Source of the DNA: a virus
Direction: 5' to 3' (one strand)
Virus record (IMG/VR): IMGVR_UViG_3300020170_000001
Coordinates: 32,001-96,000 of that record
Length of the DNA stretch: 64,000 nt
Shown: positions 27,451-37,097 of the stretch, one piece after another
Layout: the number at the start of each line of letters is the position of its first letter
Position numbering within the stretch: position 1 is the first letter of the stretch
Translations under genes and position numbers: made by a program
The notes under the pieces: model-generated
Databases searched by the model: none
What the model saw: the letters and a program-made list of their open reading frames with translations, nothing else
Told to the model about the DNA's origin: nothing

Positions 27451-28367
27451 TTAGCGGCCCGCCCACCGGGCTGGGCTGCCGAAGGTCGACATGAACTGCT
27501 CGTAGCTGCCGACCCGTGGTTCGGTGCTGCTTGCCTTTGTCGCGGCGGTCTCGTCCTCGTCGCTGGCTGGCTCGCCGATGGATTTGGCCCATTCCAGGAG
27601 CGGATTCACGTCACCGGCCTTTTCCATGGGAACGGTGGCTGCGATGACGGTGGCCAGGGTTCGGGTTTGCCAGATCAGCCAATGCTGACGCTCCCAGCGT
27701 GCATAGTGCTGTCGTCTTCCGATAGCAGCGACGCATTGGCGGATACGACCGAGGTAGAGGTCCCCGATTTCCGGGTCCGTCCACCCGTATTCCGACGCGA
27801 TGAGGTCGAATGCCCGGGAGACCCCGCCGAGGATGTCGAGTTCGACCCCGTCGGGTTCGGGGATGTCGACGAGTCGATCTGCCCGGTCTTCTCGGCCAGC
27901 TTGAAGAGGCTGGCCAGACGTTTTCCCAGGGCTTGAATGTCCGCGCTTTCGCGTTTCACGACGGCTTCAATGATCGTGATGAGATCGTCGAGGTCGGGGT
28001 TTTCCAGTTCAGCGTCCAGGCCCTCCCACAGGATGGCGTTGCGCTCGGCGTCCTGCTTGTTCAGTGCCCGACGCTCGATCAACCCGACGGGGTAACACAG
28101 CGACCGGATGAACTCGATCGTCTCGTCCTCGGCATCAGGGATGGCCAGAAGGGTGACCGACAGCAGCCGTCCCATGAATTCGTCGGTGTCCAGGCCGTCG
28201 AGATCGAGGAGTCCCGAGTCGCGCATTCCCGGAAGCGCGCCGTGGGTAACGATCCGAAGCAGTTTGAAGAACTGCCGGGCACGCAACGACTCAAGCTGGA
28301 CCCTCAGCCCGGACCGAAGCGTCACGGTCTCAGGAGTCGGATCCAGCTTGTCGAGTTCATCCGCCAT
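27451..28367 (-). CDS. Tail assembly chaperone G-T (programmed -1 frameshift product, about 305 aa)
   Basis: Slippery G GGA AAA at 27927-27921; the -1 frame stays open (…AFDLIASEYGWTD…) to the TAA at 27451. Confidence 0.85.
27675..28367 (-). CDS. Tail assembly chaperone G (non-shifted product)
   Basis: 230-aa ORF between the major tail and tape measure genes. Confidence 0.85.
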   Translation of the reverse strand: MADELDKLDPTPETVTLRSGLRVQLESLRARQFFKLLRIVTHGALPGMRDSGLLDLDGLDTDEFMGRLLSVTLLAIPDAEDETIEFIRSLCYPVGLIERRALNKQDAERNAILWEGLDAELENPDLDDLITIIEAVVKRESADIQALGKRLASLFKLAEKTGQIDSSTSPNPTGSNSTSSAGSPGHSTSSRRNTGGRTRKSGTSTSVVSANASLLSEDDSTMHAGSVSIG

Positions 28368-28411
28368 TATGGCCTCCAGGGCTCCTAGCGATATTTATGA
28401 GAAAGGGCAGA

Positions 28412-28972
28412 TCAGACCGCGGGGCGGTTGATCAGACGACCAATGGCCCGGCGGCCCAGCGCAGTGCCGGTCTCGTCCTTGTCGCTCATCACGGCGCGGC
28501 CGGTGTAGTTGAGCAGCAGACCGGACTTGTAGGCCGGTCCGTCGAACGAGAACGGGCCGAACTGGACCTTGTAGAGGACGAAGTCGAGTGTGCGGATCGC
28601 GCCGTCTTTGTCCTTCGAGGGAACCCGAACGAGCATCGGCCGGACCGGCTGGTTCAGCGACGTTTCCTCCCACAGCGGCAGGGAGTAGTAGTCGTTGACG
28701 CCCGATCCGGAACTGGTGATCGACGAGCCGGCGAGCAGCGCGATCGTGTCGAACGGGATATAGCCCGACTGAATGGTCACGGTCGCGTAGTTGAACCAGA
28801 ACCAGGACGACAGAACGGCGTCGTCGCCGGTGTTGTCGTAGTTACCCGTGTCCACCGCGATCGTGCCGGTGCGCACGCCGTAGATGTCTCCGGCGGCCTC
28901 TTCCGCGCCGGTGGTGCCGTTGAGGATCGCGGCGTGGGTAAGAGAAAAGCCTTCAACAGTCGTGCTAGTCAC
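28412..28972 (-). CDS. Major tail tube protein
   Basis: 186-aa beta-rich protein directly upstream of the chaperone genes. Confidence 0.75.
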   Translation of the reverse strand: MTSTTVEGFSLTHAAILNGTTGAEEAAGDIYGVRTGTIAVDTGNYDNTGDDAVLSSWFWFNYATVTIQSGYIPFDTIALLAGSSITSSGSGVNDYYSLPLWEETSLNQPVRPMLVRVPSKDKDGAIRTLDFVLYKVQFGPFSFDGPAYKSGLLLNYTGRAVMSDKDETGTALGRRAIGRLINRPAV

Positions 28973-29026
28973 GCTGACACACCCTTTTCACGGCGCGGAC
29001 GGGTCAACGTGTCTAATCGGACGGAC

Positions 29027-29275
29027 TTACGCGAAGGCGGTGCCACACTCCCACTCGTCTTCAACGATCGTCTGGACCAAATCGCCGACGAAGTTGAAAC
29101 GGTGATACACGCGAACGCGCTGCTGGCGGCCCCTGCTCATGCGCTTCGCACAATCACTACAGGTGAACTCGATGCTGTTCGACGTCGGAATGTACTTTCC
29201 GAATTCTTCGCCGAGCTTGAGCTTGGTGAACAATTTTTGCGGTCCGACCGGGCATCGAACTTCGACGGTGTTCAC
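29027..29275 (-). CDS. Small Cys-containing hypothetical protein
   Basis: RCP...CSDC; coupled to the glycosyltransferase. Confidence 0.65.
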   Translation of the reverse strand: MNTVEVRCPVGPQKLFTKLKLGEEFGKYIPTSNSIEFTCSDCAKRMSRGRQQRVRVYHRFNFVGDLVQTIVEDEWECGTAFA

Positions 29276-30396
29276 AACAGCATCAACTGCCGGGATTCCT
29301 GGACGCGGGCCTGAGCCACGCGGAACTTGTGCAGCACCCGTTCCCCGCTCTCGTTGAGCTCACCGACTCGTTCCATGAACCGCTCGATGGCCTTGGGCCA
29401 GGAACACATCTCGGGGATGAGCCGTGCCGCCGTGTCGGCTTTGCGGGCCGCCTCGTCGCGGCGCTGGTAGGCGTGCAGCATCAGTTGTTTGAGATGGTCC
29501 TTGCTGGCCTTGGCCCAGAAGCAGTTCGACAATGCCGGGCTCATCGGCACGAGCGTGTAATCCAGGGGGTAGCCGAGCGCGGGGCTGAGCCATTGGGCGT
29601 GCCCGCCCCAGTTGGTCGCGATGACCGTGCCGCCGGTGGACAGCATCTCTAGGGCGGGCAGGTTCTTGCCTTCTCCTTTGCTCGGTGCGATCAGCACGTG
29701 ATGGCCGTAGTAGAACTCCCGTAGAACGTCCTCGGACCACACCTCGTAGAAGATCCGTAGGCCGGGGGTGACGCCTTGCAGCTTGCTGTGCAGGCCGGGC
29801 GTGACGGTCTTGAGGTTCAGTTCGACGTCGAGCTCAGGGTGTTCCTCACGCAGCTCGCGGAAGGCGTCGATCGCGAGGAGCGGATCCTTGCGGGGGCCGA
29901 GCGCGCCAACCATGCAGAATTTGAAGGTCTTGGCGTTCCAGTCCCGCGATCGGGCAGGCCACTTCCGCGGCCAGTATCCGCCTTGGACGGTGGCGGCGTT
30001 GGTACGCACGTAGGGTGCGATCGCTCCGGTGGTCACCGCGTCGTAGCCGACGACCAGATCGAAGTCTGTGAGGCGCTTCCGCAGGCTGGATCGGCCGGGG
30101 CAGTTGTCGAGGCTCGACATTTCCCACATGCTCCAGGCGGCGGTGACGGTGCTGCTGCGGCGGGCTCCGTCGGAGATCCCGAGGTGCGGCGGGTCCCAGT
30201 GGTGGATGAGCAGGTCGAACGGCGGTTCGAGGCGTTTGGTGAACAGCTCGGCGATCTCGGCGGGCAGCGGCGTTTCGACGGCCTCGGGGTCGAGGTAGAC
30301 ATCGGCCCCGGCCTGCCGGAACGCGAGCGCGATGCCGATACCGTCCTGTCCGTAACCCGAATGCGGGCTCAGCGGCGTCTTAATCAGGACCTTCAA
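29272..30396 (-). CDS. GT-B fold glycosyltransferase (GT4-like)
   Basis: SGYG N-terminal motif, GPRKD, and the EX7E motif EGKNLPALE. Confidence 0.88.
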   Translation of the reverse strand: MKVLIKTPLSPHSGYGQDGIGIALAFRQAGADVYLDPEAVETPLPAEIAELFTKRLEPPFDLLIHHWDPPHLGISDGARRSSTVTAAWSMWEMSSLDNCPGRSSLRKRLTDFDLVVGYDAVTTGAIAPYVRTNAATVQGGYWPRKWPARSRDWNAKTFKFCMVGALGPRKDPLLAIDAFRELREEHPELDVELNLKTVTPGLHSKLQGVTPGLRIFYEVWSEDVLREFYYGHHVLIAPSKGEGKNLPALEMLSTGGTVIATNWGGHAQWLSPALGYPLDYTLVPMSPALSNCFWAKASKDHLKQLMLHAYQRRDEAARKADTAARLIPEMCSWPKAIERFMERVGELNESGERVLHKFRVAQARVQESRQLMLL

Positions 30397-30401
30397 CGAG
30401 A

Positions 30402-30899
30402 TCAGCCCTCAGTGATGGCGTAGATGACCTGGCAGCGGACGAGCCCGTCGCCATCCGGGACGACGTAGATGATCGGCTCAGTCAGCCGGACGCTGGTGAT
30501 CACCCTGAGCTGACCGAACATGACCTCGGGCCCGGTCGTGCGGTGCAGGAAGGTGTCGAAGACCTTGTAGACGGCGAAGGCGCGACGCAGAACTTCGCCG
30601 GGGGCGGTGACATTGTTGTTGCCGTCACGGATCGGGTCCGCCCAGATGTTGAGGGTGAGTCGGGGGAACCGCAGCGTGTTGTGCAGGTTCGGGCCGGCCC
30701 AGCCGCCGTCGTTGGTGAGCACGGCGCAGGTAGCGCTCGAACCTTCCATCTTGGCCCAGGTGCGGTATTGGAAGACGCCGGGAGTGTTCGTGCCGCCGAT
30801 GACGAAGGAGGAGACGGCCGCTAGTACCTCGGGCTGGGCGAGGAGGTAGGTGGCCGCGCCGGAGACGATGTCGTCGGCGGTGACAGGGGGCAGGGTCAC
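30402..30899 (-). CDS. Tail terminator / completion protein
   Basis: Position and size; PRLTLNIWA motif. Confidence 0.6.
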   Translation of the reverse strand: MTLPPVTADDIVSGAATYLLAQPEVLAAVSSFVIGGTNTPGVFQYRTWAKMEGSSATCAVLTNDGGWAGPNLHNTLRFPRLTLNIWADPIRDGNNNVTAPGEVLRRAFAVYKVFDTFLHRTTGPEVMFGQLRVITSVRLTEPIIYVVPDGDGLVRCQVIYAITEG

Positions 30900-31321
30900 A
30901 GCGCACCGGCTTCGGGGTGCGGGGTGCGCCGGCCGCGGCTGATGAAGGAGGTGGCCGGGCCGAGCAGGTCTTCGTCGATGTGGTCGAGGTGGCGAAGGTA
31001 GTCGTGCGAGGGCGGACCGCCGTGTTTCGGGCTGGTGCCGAACAGCTCGGACGCCGCATAGCGGACCGGGTTGTTCACTCCCGCGGAGTCGCCGCCGACC
31101 TTGATCTCACCCTCCCAGCGACCAGGCGTGGAATCGAGCACTTCGACTCGGCTTGACGAGAGCAGGGATCCGGTCTCGATGTGAATGTCGGAGACGACTC
31201 GCTGGAATCCTTGCAGCAGGATGCGGGCGAAGTTGGTGAAGTCGTACCCGGTGAACCCTTCTTCGAGTCGACGCAATTCCATATCGGCGCATCGGATGTC
31301 CCACTCGTATTTCTCCGTCAT
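30896..31321 (-). CDS. Neck protein (HK97 gp10-like)
   Basis: HIETGSLLSS...YAASELFGT motif; ATG at 31321. Confidence 0.6.
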   Translation of the reverse strand: MTEKYEWDIRCADMELRRLEEGFTGYDFTNFARILLQGFQRVVSDIHIETGSLLSSSRVEVLDSTPGRWEGEIKVGGDSAGVNNPVRYAASELFGTSPKHGGPPSHDYLRHLDHIDEDLLGPATSFISRGRRTPHPEAGAL

Positions 31322-31740
31322 GGTAGATCCACGGGGTCGAGCAGATTCGGCTGGAAGTTCTGCGCTACTTCGATGATCTGTACTTCCATGTGGTGAGCGA
31401 GAGAGAACCCGGCGGCGGGGTCCGGCATGGCCCGGATCTCGAAGGTGCCTTGGATCGGGCCGGAGATACACCGGAACCGGTCTCCGGAGACGATCTCGTC
31501 AGTGGGGTCGAAGAACATCACGCCAACCCGGTCGGGAGCCCGGCCGGCAACCACGGGCATCGGCTGGTCTTTGCCGGGTCGCTGATATTGCAAGTCAATG
31601 CGGCACAGCATCTCGCCCGGCACGCCAAGATACGGGTCGACAATGGTGTTGAGCTTCTGCCAGGTCTGCTGCGGAATGCCGTTGGTCATGTCGAGCTGGA
31701 GCCGCAGGACGTCAACGCGGGTGTGGTAGAGCCATCGCAC
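31318..31740 (-). CDS. Head-to-tail stopper
   Basis: GTG at 31740 with AAGGAG SD; HHMEV C-terminal motif; synteny. Confidence 0.6.
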   Translation of the reverse strand: MRWLYHTRVDVLRLQLDMTNGIPQQTWQKLNTIVDPYLGVPGEMLCRIDLQYQRPGKDQPMPVVAGRAPDRVGVMFFDPTDEIVSGDRFRCISGPIQGTFEIRAMPDPAAGFSLAHHMEVQIIEVAQNFQPNLLDPVDLP

Positions 31741-31754
31741 GGCCGGTGCTCCTT

Positions 31755-32276
31755 TCAGGAGATTCGCACGTACGGAATTCCGCCGTTGACGTCGTCGACC
31801 TCGGCTGCGTTGCGAACGACCCAGTGACCGTCCGGCGCGCGGCGTAGCCCGTCGGGAAGGACTTGGACGGAGCCGCTGCCCACGATGGATGCGGCCGGCA
31901 TGGCGAGTTGCTCGACGGCGATGTCCCACCAGAACAGCCCGGTGCCGAGGTCGCCGGCCAGCTTGAGCCCGGCGATGGAGGTCCTGGCGGCGTTGAGCCC
32001 GCGGGAGTAGCTGTAGGAGCCGACCGTCTCGGCTTGGAACGGCCCGGCCTTGACGACGGCGAAGGGCTGTTCCAAATACAGCTTGTCGGCCATCTCCAGG
32101 ATGGCGTTGTTGGCGAGCAACACCTTGTCCGGATCGTCGGGCATGGCGGTGAGTTGGGTGACGATGGAAAACATCAACGTGGCCTGCGCCAGCGCCTCAT
32201 CGGAGAAGGGCGTGAAGCTTTGCGCGGGCCGCCCGGTGAATACCGCGAGGTCCGCTGTTGTCGGCACAGGCAGCAC
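31755..32276 (-). CDS. Head-to-tail adaptor
   Basis: PTTADL...ETVGSYSYS motif typical of actinophage adaptors. Confidence 0.65.
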   Translation of the reverse strand: MLPVPTTADLAVFTGRPAQSFTPFSDEALAQATLMFSIVTQLTAMPDDPDKVLLANNAILEMADKLYLEQPFAVVKAGPFQAETVGSYSYSRGLNAARTSIAGLKLAGDLGTGLFWWDIAVEQLAMPAASIVGSGSVQVLPDGLRRAPDGHWVVRNAAEVDDVNGGIPYVRIS

Positions 32277-32293
32277 GATGATCGCCTTCTTCC

Positions 32294-32974
32294 TTAGGCT
32301 TGGCTCAGCGACGGCAGGCGCGGTGCCGAGCGCTGCTTTCGGCGTTTCTCCGCGGCTGCCAACTCCTGCTCCGACGGCGGCGCGATGCGGCCCTCGCCGC
32401 GCTCGACGCGCAGGATCTCGAAGTTCCCGTCCGAGTAGGACTTCCCGGGCCACGGCCCGCTGCGAAACATGACCGTGCCGAATCGCTCCACCTGGGCGAA
32501 GTCGTTGTCGCGCAGGTCCAGCCAGGTTTTGCCGCGCCGGTCGAAGGTGTCGCGGTAGGCTTGCGAGCCGACTTCGAATTCGAGTTCGTCGCCGCGATAC
32601 CAGATCCGTCCGAGCGCGGTCAGGCCATCTCCCAGGAAATGAATCAGAATGTTCCTCTGATCTCCGGGCTCCTGCACTTCCTCGACGACGGGCTCGACGT
32701 CTTTGCTGCCGGAGAGCCGGGCGATCTGATCGCGCAGGGCCTTGATCTCTTGCTGCTCCGGAGTCATCTCGTCGTCGACCAGGGCCTTCTCATCCGGCGG
32801 GGCCGGGGTCAGGTCGACGGGAAGATCAGCCTCCGGAATTTCGTCCGCGGCGGACGTGTCGATCCGATCGAACTGGTCCAGGGCGCTACCGGCCACGGGC
32901 GTCTCGGCCGCCGACTTCGCGGGGCCGACGGCACGGGGCTGACGCTTGCCACTGGCGGGTACTCCTCGGGGCAT
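32294..32974 (-). CDS. Hypothetical protein of the head-tail region
   Basis: 226-aa ORF with an acidic N-terminus and a short coiled coil. Confidence 0.65.
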   Translation of the reverse strand: MPRGVPASGKRQPRAVGPAKSAAETPVAGSALDQFDRIDTSAADEIPEADLPVDLTPAPPDEKALVDDEMTPEQQEIKALRDQIARLSGSKDVEPVVEEVQEPGDQRNILIHFLGDGLTALGRIWYRGDELEFEVGSQAYRDTFDRRGKTWLDLRDNDFAQVERFGTVMFRSGPWPGKSYSDGNFEILRVERGEGRIAPPSEQELAAAEKRRKQRSAPRLPSLSQA

Positions 32975-33036
32975 GGTTGGCCACCACCTTTCCCCGGTCC
33001 TTATCGGGTGTCAGGCGAGGAAGTACCAGTGCAGGC

Positions 33037-33693
33037 CTAAGCGACCTTGAAGCGGATTGTTGGCGGCGTAGAGTTCGTCCCGCCGTTGACCGTGGGATAC
33101 GACAACGGTGTGTTGCTACCGCTGCCGCTCTGGGTCCAATAGGTTTGCGGAGCTCCACCCTGTGGGCCGTTGGCATTCATTGCCCACGGAACGCGATAGC
33201 AGTAGGGTCCAGCCGACGCGGGCGCTACGCCAGTTGAACTTCCCGCAAACGCGAGGAAATTCCAGCCGGCGGGCACGGTCGTTGTGGTGATCGTGATCGA
33301 CGTCTGGGTGGCGGATGTACCGGATGCCGACACCAGCAGTTGCGCGGGGCGAAGTGTGATGGGGTCCATGGTGTTGATGCCGACCTTCATCGCCAGCCCA
33401 GTGCCGGCTACGACATAACACCCGATGGCCGTCACCGACACCGCCGACGTGAAGTAACACGGAACATAGATGCAGTTGATGAAGGCAGAACTAGTGGACG
33501 TGTCGAAGTCAACAACGACGCGATTGTCGTACCAGTTGCCTGACACGTACGTCTGCGGATAAGGCGTTGCCGGGTTGGACCAACCGAAGGCGTAGTCGGC
33601 GGCGGAGGTCTTCGTCAAAGCGTGACTGGTGTTGCCGCCGGCGAATGCGTGGACGGCTATAAGAGCGGGACTGACGTCACCGATGGTTGGCAC
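33037..33693 (-). CDS. Fibre/decoration-like paralog D (WYDNR family)
   Basis: GGNTSHALTKTSAADYAFGW followed by SGNWYDNR. Confidence 0.65.
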   Translation of the reverse strand: MPTIGDVSPALIAVHAFAGGNTSHALTKTSAADYAFGWSNPATPYPQTYVSGNWYDNRVVVDFDTSTSSAFINCIYVPCYFTSAVSVTAIGCYVVAGTGLAMKVGINTMDPITLRPAQLLVSASGTSATQTSITITTTTVPAGWNFLAFAGSSTGVAPASAGPYCYRVPWAMNANGPQGGAPQTYWTQSGSGSNTPLSYPTVNGGTNSTPPTIRFKVA

Positions 33694-33708
33694 GGCAGGT
33701 CTCCTCGC

Positions 33709-34362
33709 TCACGCGACTCTAAAGCTAACGAGTGGACAGTCGGGAAGCGCGATCGCGGACGTCAGGCTCACGGTTGGATTCGCTTTCGGCTGGGCAGACG
33801 TGTTGTCCTGGAGAACCCACGTCTGCGGATTCGTCGAGATTGACGTCCCTGCTCCAAGGAATGAGCGGGCTCCTCTGGACTGAAACGTGCCAACCTGCCC
33901 GGATCCAGAGGTCCCCCACGCCAGGTAGCACCAGCCCGCGGGGAGTGCCGTAGACGTGATTGAAGCAGTCGCCGCCGCACCGCTTGTGGCGGTGATCGGC
34001 GTTGCAGCAACCAGTTGTGCGCCGGGAAGGCCGGTGGAGAGCACCGAGTTGATACCGACGTAACACGTCGACCCGCCCAGTGACACCGAGTAGAAGCCGA
34101 CCGAATTAATCGTAATTGACGACGACAGTAACACCGGCATATAAAAGCAATTGTTGGCAGTGAATCCATTCTGTTGCGTCGGCGAGGGGGCCCCCGACAC
34201 GCGATTGTCATACCAACTCCCGGAGACAAAGGTGGTCTCTGGGCCGAACGGCGGATTTGACCAGTCGACATCGAAATCAGCGTCCGTGTTCTTGACCAAG
34301 ACCGCCCCAGAAGCTCCGCCTGCCGGGTAGTCTTCCGCCGCCGGTACGCCAATCGAGACCAC
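33709..34362 (-). CDS. Fibre/decoration-like paralog C (WYDNR family)
   Basis: PAGGASGAVLVKNTDADFDVDW followed by SGSWYDNR. Confidence 0.65.
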   Translation of the reverse strand: MVSIGVPAAEDYPAGGASGAVLVKNTDADFDVDWSNPPFGPETTFVSGSWYDNRVSGAPSPTQQNGFTANNCFYMPVLLSSSITINSVGFYSVSLGGSTCYVGINSVLSTGLPGAQLVAATPITATSGAAATASITSTALPAGWCYLAWGTSGSGQVGTFQSRGARSFLGAGTSISTNPQTWVLQDNTSAQPKANPTVSLTSAIALPDCPLVSFRVA

Positions 34363-34384
34363 GCCGAACCCCCTCCTCCAGCCG

Positions 34385-35065
34385 CTATGTGACCTGAAAC
34401 CAGATTACCGGCGTTACACTGTCCTTCGTTGCAGTCACCGTCGGATTTGACACAATTGCGGAACTTGTCGAGTCGACATAGTAGGCGACGGGACTGGTAT
34501 TCGCGGCTGCCGGCCCCGTCGAATTGAGCGAAAGCGGGGTCGCAAACTGTATTGTCTGGGCTCCAGCCGGGACAATGCCGCCGTTCGCTACGATCGACAA
34601 CCAATTCCACCCCGCGGGCACTGCGACGGGGGAAAAGGTGCCGGTGTAGGCAGCTAGCCCTGCCAACGTAAACGAGGTCGTCGCCAGCACCGTCCCCGGC
34701 AGCCCCGAAGAAGCCGACTGGCTGAGTCCGACCGAACCGACCGGGCCGCTGACGCTAGTTGCCTGGTAAAAGCCCAAAGCCGTCACCTTGATCGGCGCGT
34801 GCATATAGACCGGCACATAGGTGACATAATTGGTGGTCGGGGAAAAGCTAGTTGAACTCGCCGCCGCCGGAGCGACCCGATTGTCATACCACTGACTCGC
34901 GAGGTAGGCAGCGGGAGACAGGTGGATAGCGACAGGGTCTCCCGGCACCGTCGTCCAGGACGCATGGTAGTCGTTTGTCGAGGTCTTGGTCAGAATCCGA
35001 TCTGCCGTTCCACCGGGCGGCAACCCGATGGTCGGCCTGAACGATGCGCGGCCTACCGTCACCAT
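34385..35065 (-). CDS. Fibre/decoration-like paralog B (WYDNR family)
   Basis: PPGGTADRILTKTSTNDYHASW followed by ASQWYDNR; ATG at 35065. Confidence 0.65.
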   Translation of the reverse strand: MVTVGRASFRPTIGLPPGGTADRILTKTSTNDYHASWTTVPGDPVAIHLSPAAYLASQWYDNRVAPAAASSTSFSPTTNYVTYVPVYMHAPIKVTALGFYQATSVSGPVGSVGLSQSASSGLPGTVLATTSFTLAGLAAYTGTFSPVAVPAGWNWLSIVANGGIVPAGAQTIQFATPLSLNSTGPAAANTSPVAYYVDSTSSAIVSNPTVTATKDSVTPVIWFQVT

Positions 35066-35067
35066 CG

Positions 35068-36162
35068 TTAGCCCACCACCCGGTACCACACGTTCGCCGA
35101 GGCCACCAGACCCGTGGTGAAGGTCATGGACAACGGCGTTGCCGTTGCGACAAGTGCTGCGCCGGTACCCGCCTCATAGAACATGTAACTGGTCTGCGTG
35201 GCGACTGCCGACGCTTGGGTCAACGACGACAGTCCCGACTGCGGGGCAATAGTCGCGGTATTCGCGACGGTGTAAATGGAACTGGAGTTTGTGGAGTTGC
35301 ACGAGAGCGCCCACCACGACCATCCCTTGGGAATCGTGCCGGAGGCCGCGAGGGTGTAGACGGTGCTGTTTGCGGTGGGCGACACGGTGCCGAAGTCGTA
35401 GATGCGCGTTCCGGGCGCGTTCGTCGCCGAGTTGGTGTAGAGGCCTATGCGAATCGTCGCGCCTCCGGTCGGCGTCGACGACCCGGTGATGATCGCTACC
35501 GTGTCGATGACCAACGCCCGGTGGGCGAACATCGGCACGTACGAGACGCTGCTGATCGCGATTGGTGCGGAACCCGCGGTGCCGGACGACACCGATGTGA
35601 GGGTGATGTTGGACCCGGTCGGGGTCCGCCGGTCGTGCCAGTTTCCGTTGGTGTACGCCGGTGTCCATAGTGTCTGGAGGCTGTCGGTCCCGGCGCTGAC
35701 GATCGCGGTGTTCTGGATCTGCCAGTTGGTGCCGTCGAACACAAAGGTCGCCGCGGCCTCGGGCGAGGTGATCACGCAGGTGGCGTCGCCGTCGATCGTG
35801 GTTCCGCCGGACCCCACAACGGTGATCGCGTTGCCGCTGACGTCGGTCTTCTTGGCCCCGACGGTGACCCCGGCGCTCGGCGACGCTGGCAATGTGACAG
35901 TAAACGCGCCACCATTGGCGTTGCAGAGGACCAGCTGACCCGAAGCGGCGGTGTAGTTGGCGGTCTTCGATGCGGTTGGCGTGAGCCCGCCGCCGCCCGA
36001 GGACGCCGTGATCCACCCGGTGTCGTAGTCGGTCCCGGAGCTCTTGGCCAGCACCTGCCCGGTCGTGCCGCCCGTAGGCATGGCGACAAGACGCGGGTCG
36101 GTCTCCAGCGCGAGCAGAGCTCCGCCGTACGACTGCCGTTGCTGTACTTTCCGGGTGGCCAT
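35068..36162 (-). CDS. Fibre/decoration-like paralog A (WHDRR variant with an extra domain)
   Basis: PTGGTTGQVLAKSSGTDYDTGW, a TLPA..P...FDGTNW domain, then NGNWHDRR. Confidence 0.65.
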   Translation of the reverse strand: MATRKVQQRQSYGGALLALETDPRLVAMPTGGTTGQVLAKSSGTDYDTGWITASSGGGGLTPTASKTANYTAASGQLVLCNANGGAFTVTLPASPSAGVTVGAKKTDVSGNAITVVGSGGTTIDGDATCVITSPEAAATFVFDGTNWQIQNTAIVSAGTDSLQTLWTPAYTNGNWHDRRTPTGSNITLTSVSSGTAGSAPIAISSVSYVPMFAHRALVIDTVAIITGSSTPTGGATIRIGLYTNSATNAPGTRIYDFGTVSPTANSTVYTLAASGTIPKGWSWWALSCNSTNSSSIYTVANTATIAPQSGLSSLTQASAVATQTSYMFYEAGTGAALVATATPLSMTFTTGLVASANVWYRVVG

Positions 36163-36166
36163 CAGA

Positions 36167-37075
36167 TCACATCTTCGAAACGACGGCGTGGAACTCGTTA
36201 GTGGCCCACACCGCGTCGGGCTTGAGGGTCACCGTGTTCAGGTCAGTGTGTTCCACATACACGTCAACCTCGTCGAACGGGGAAGCGACCCGGTACACCA
36301 TGACGTTCACGGCACGGGTGCCGAAGCTGTGGGTGATCGCAAAGCTAGTCGCCGCGCCGTTGCCGCAGTCCTGCTCGACCGGAGCCGTAGCGGCGGTGGT
36401 AACTCCGACGTAGATGAACGCGGCGGTAGTGGTGTTGAGAGTGAACGTATCGTTGGTCATCAGCGCGAACTTGTCGGCCTGAGTGCCCTGCAACACGATC
36501 CAGTACGAACCGACGATGGCGGTGGCGGTGGTGCTCCAGTTCTGCGCCCGAGCCATCGTCGCGCCGGTGGCGGTCCACACGTAGGGACCGTTTTGGGAGC
36601 CGGTGGTCTGTCCGGCGAGCAGGAACACGTCCCCGTTGGTGGGGGTGACTCCGTCGATCGTGGCCGGGGCGGAAGCGAGGTTGACGTTGGTGGCGGCGAC
36701 CGCCCGCACTGTGCCCTTGAGGGTCTGCCCGGACGAGAGGAAGGCAATTTGAGTCTCAAGATCGATCTGGCGGACGGCGTCGTTGGACCCCTGAATCGCG
36801 GCTGCCAGGTTCGTAAGCCGCTGGCTGTTCATGCTGACCAGGGTGGTGGGGGCTTGCAGCTGGTCGATACGGCTAGTGTGAACCTGCGTGTCGAAGTCGC
36901 TGATGGTCGCTGCAAGCTGGGTGCCGGTGTGGTTGGCGCGGGAGATGGAGAACGTCTGCACGCTCTCGATGTCGACCTTACGAGCTGCATCATTGCTCGC
37001 CGCTGTGGGTGCCCCCAGGTTGATTACCTTGAGGCCGTTCATGTCCTTATTGGAAGCGTCTTTACGGGCGGTCAT
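36167..37075 (-). CDS. Fibre/decoration-like protein, large partner 3
   Basis: NLGAP..SNDA repeats, TVRA...IDGVT...GQT...NGPYVW domain, C-terminal ITHSFGT domain. Confidence 0.65.
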   Translation of the reverse strand: MTARKDASNKDMNGLKVINLGAPTAASNDAARKVDIESVQTFSISRANHTGTQLAATISDFDTQVHTSRIDQLQAPTTLVSMNSQRLTNLAAAIQGSNDAVRQIDLETQIAFLSSGQTLKGTVRAVAATNVNLASAPATIDGVTPTNGDVFLLAGQTTGSQNGPYVWTATGATMARAQNWSTTATAIVGSYWIVLQGTQADKFALMTNDTFTLNTTTAAFIYVGVTTAATAPVEQDCGNGAATSFAITHSFGTRAVNVMVYRVASPFDEVDVYVEHTDLNTVTLKPDAVWATNEFHAVVSKM

Positions 37076-37097
37076 GGTGCAGTTCCTCCGACAATTG

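Noticed and set aside
21874-27454. Long + strand ORFs (e.g. 23125-25392, 23585-25315)
   Set aside because: Antisense shadows of the high-GC tape measure gene with no recognisable motifs; the same applies to most + strand ORFs in the track
33037-36162. Diversity-generating retroelement or shufflon behind the paralog array
   Set aside because: No reverse transcriptase or invertase in the window, no near-identical template/variable repeat pair differing at adenines, and all copies are full genes in the same orientation
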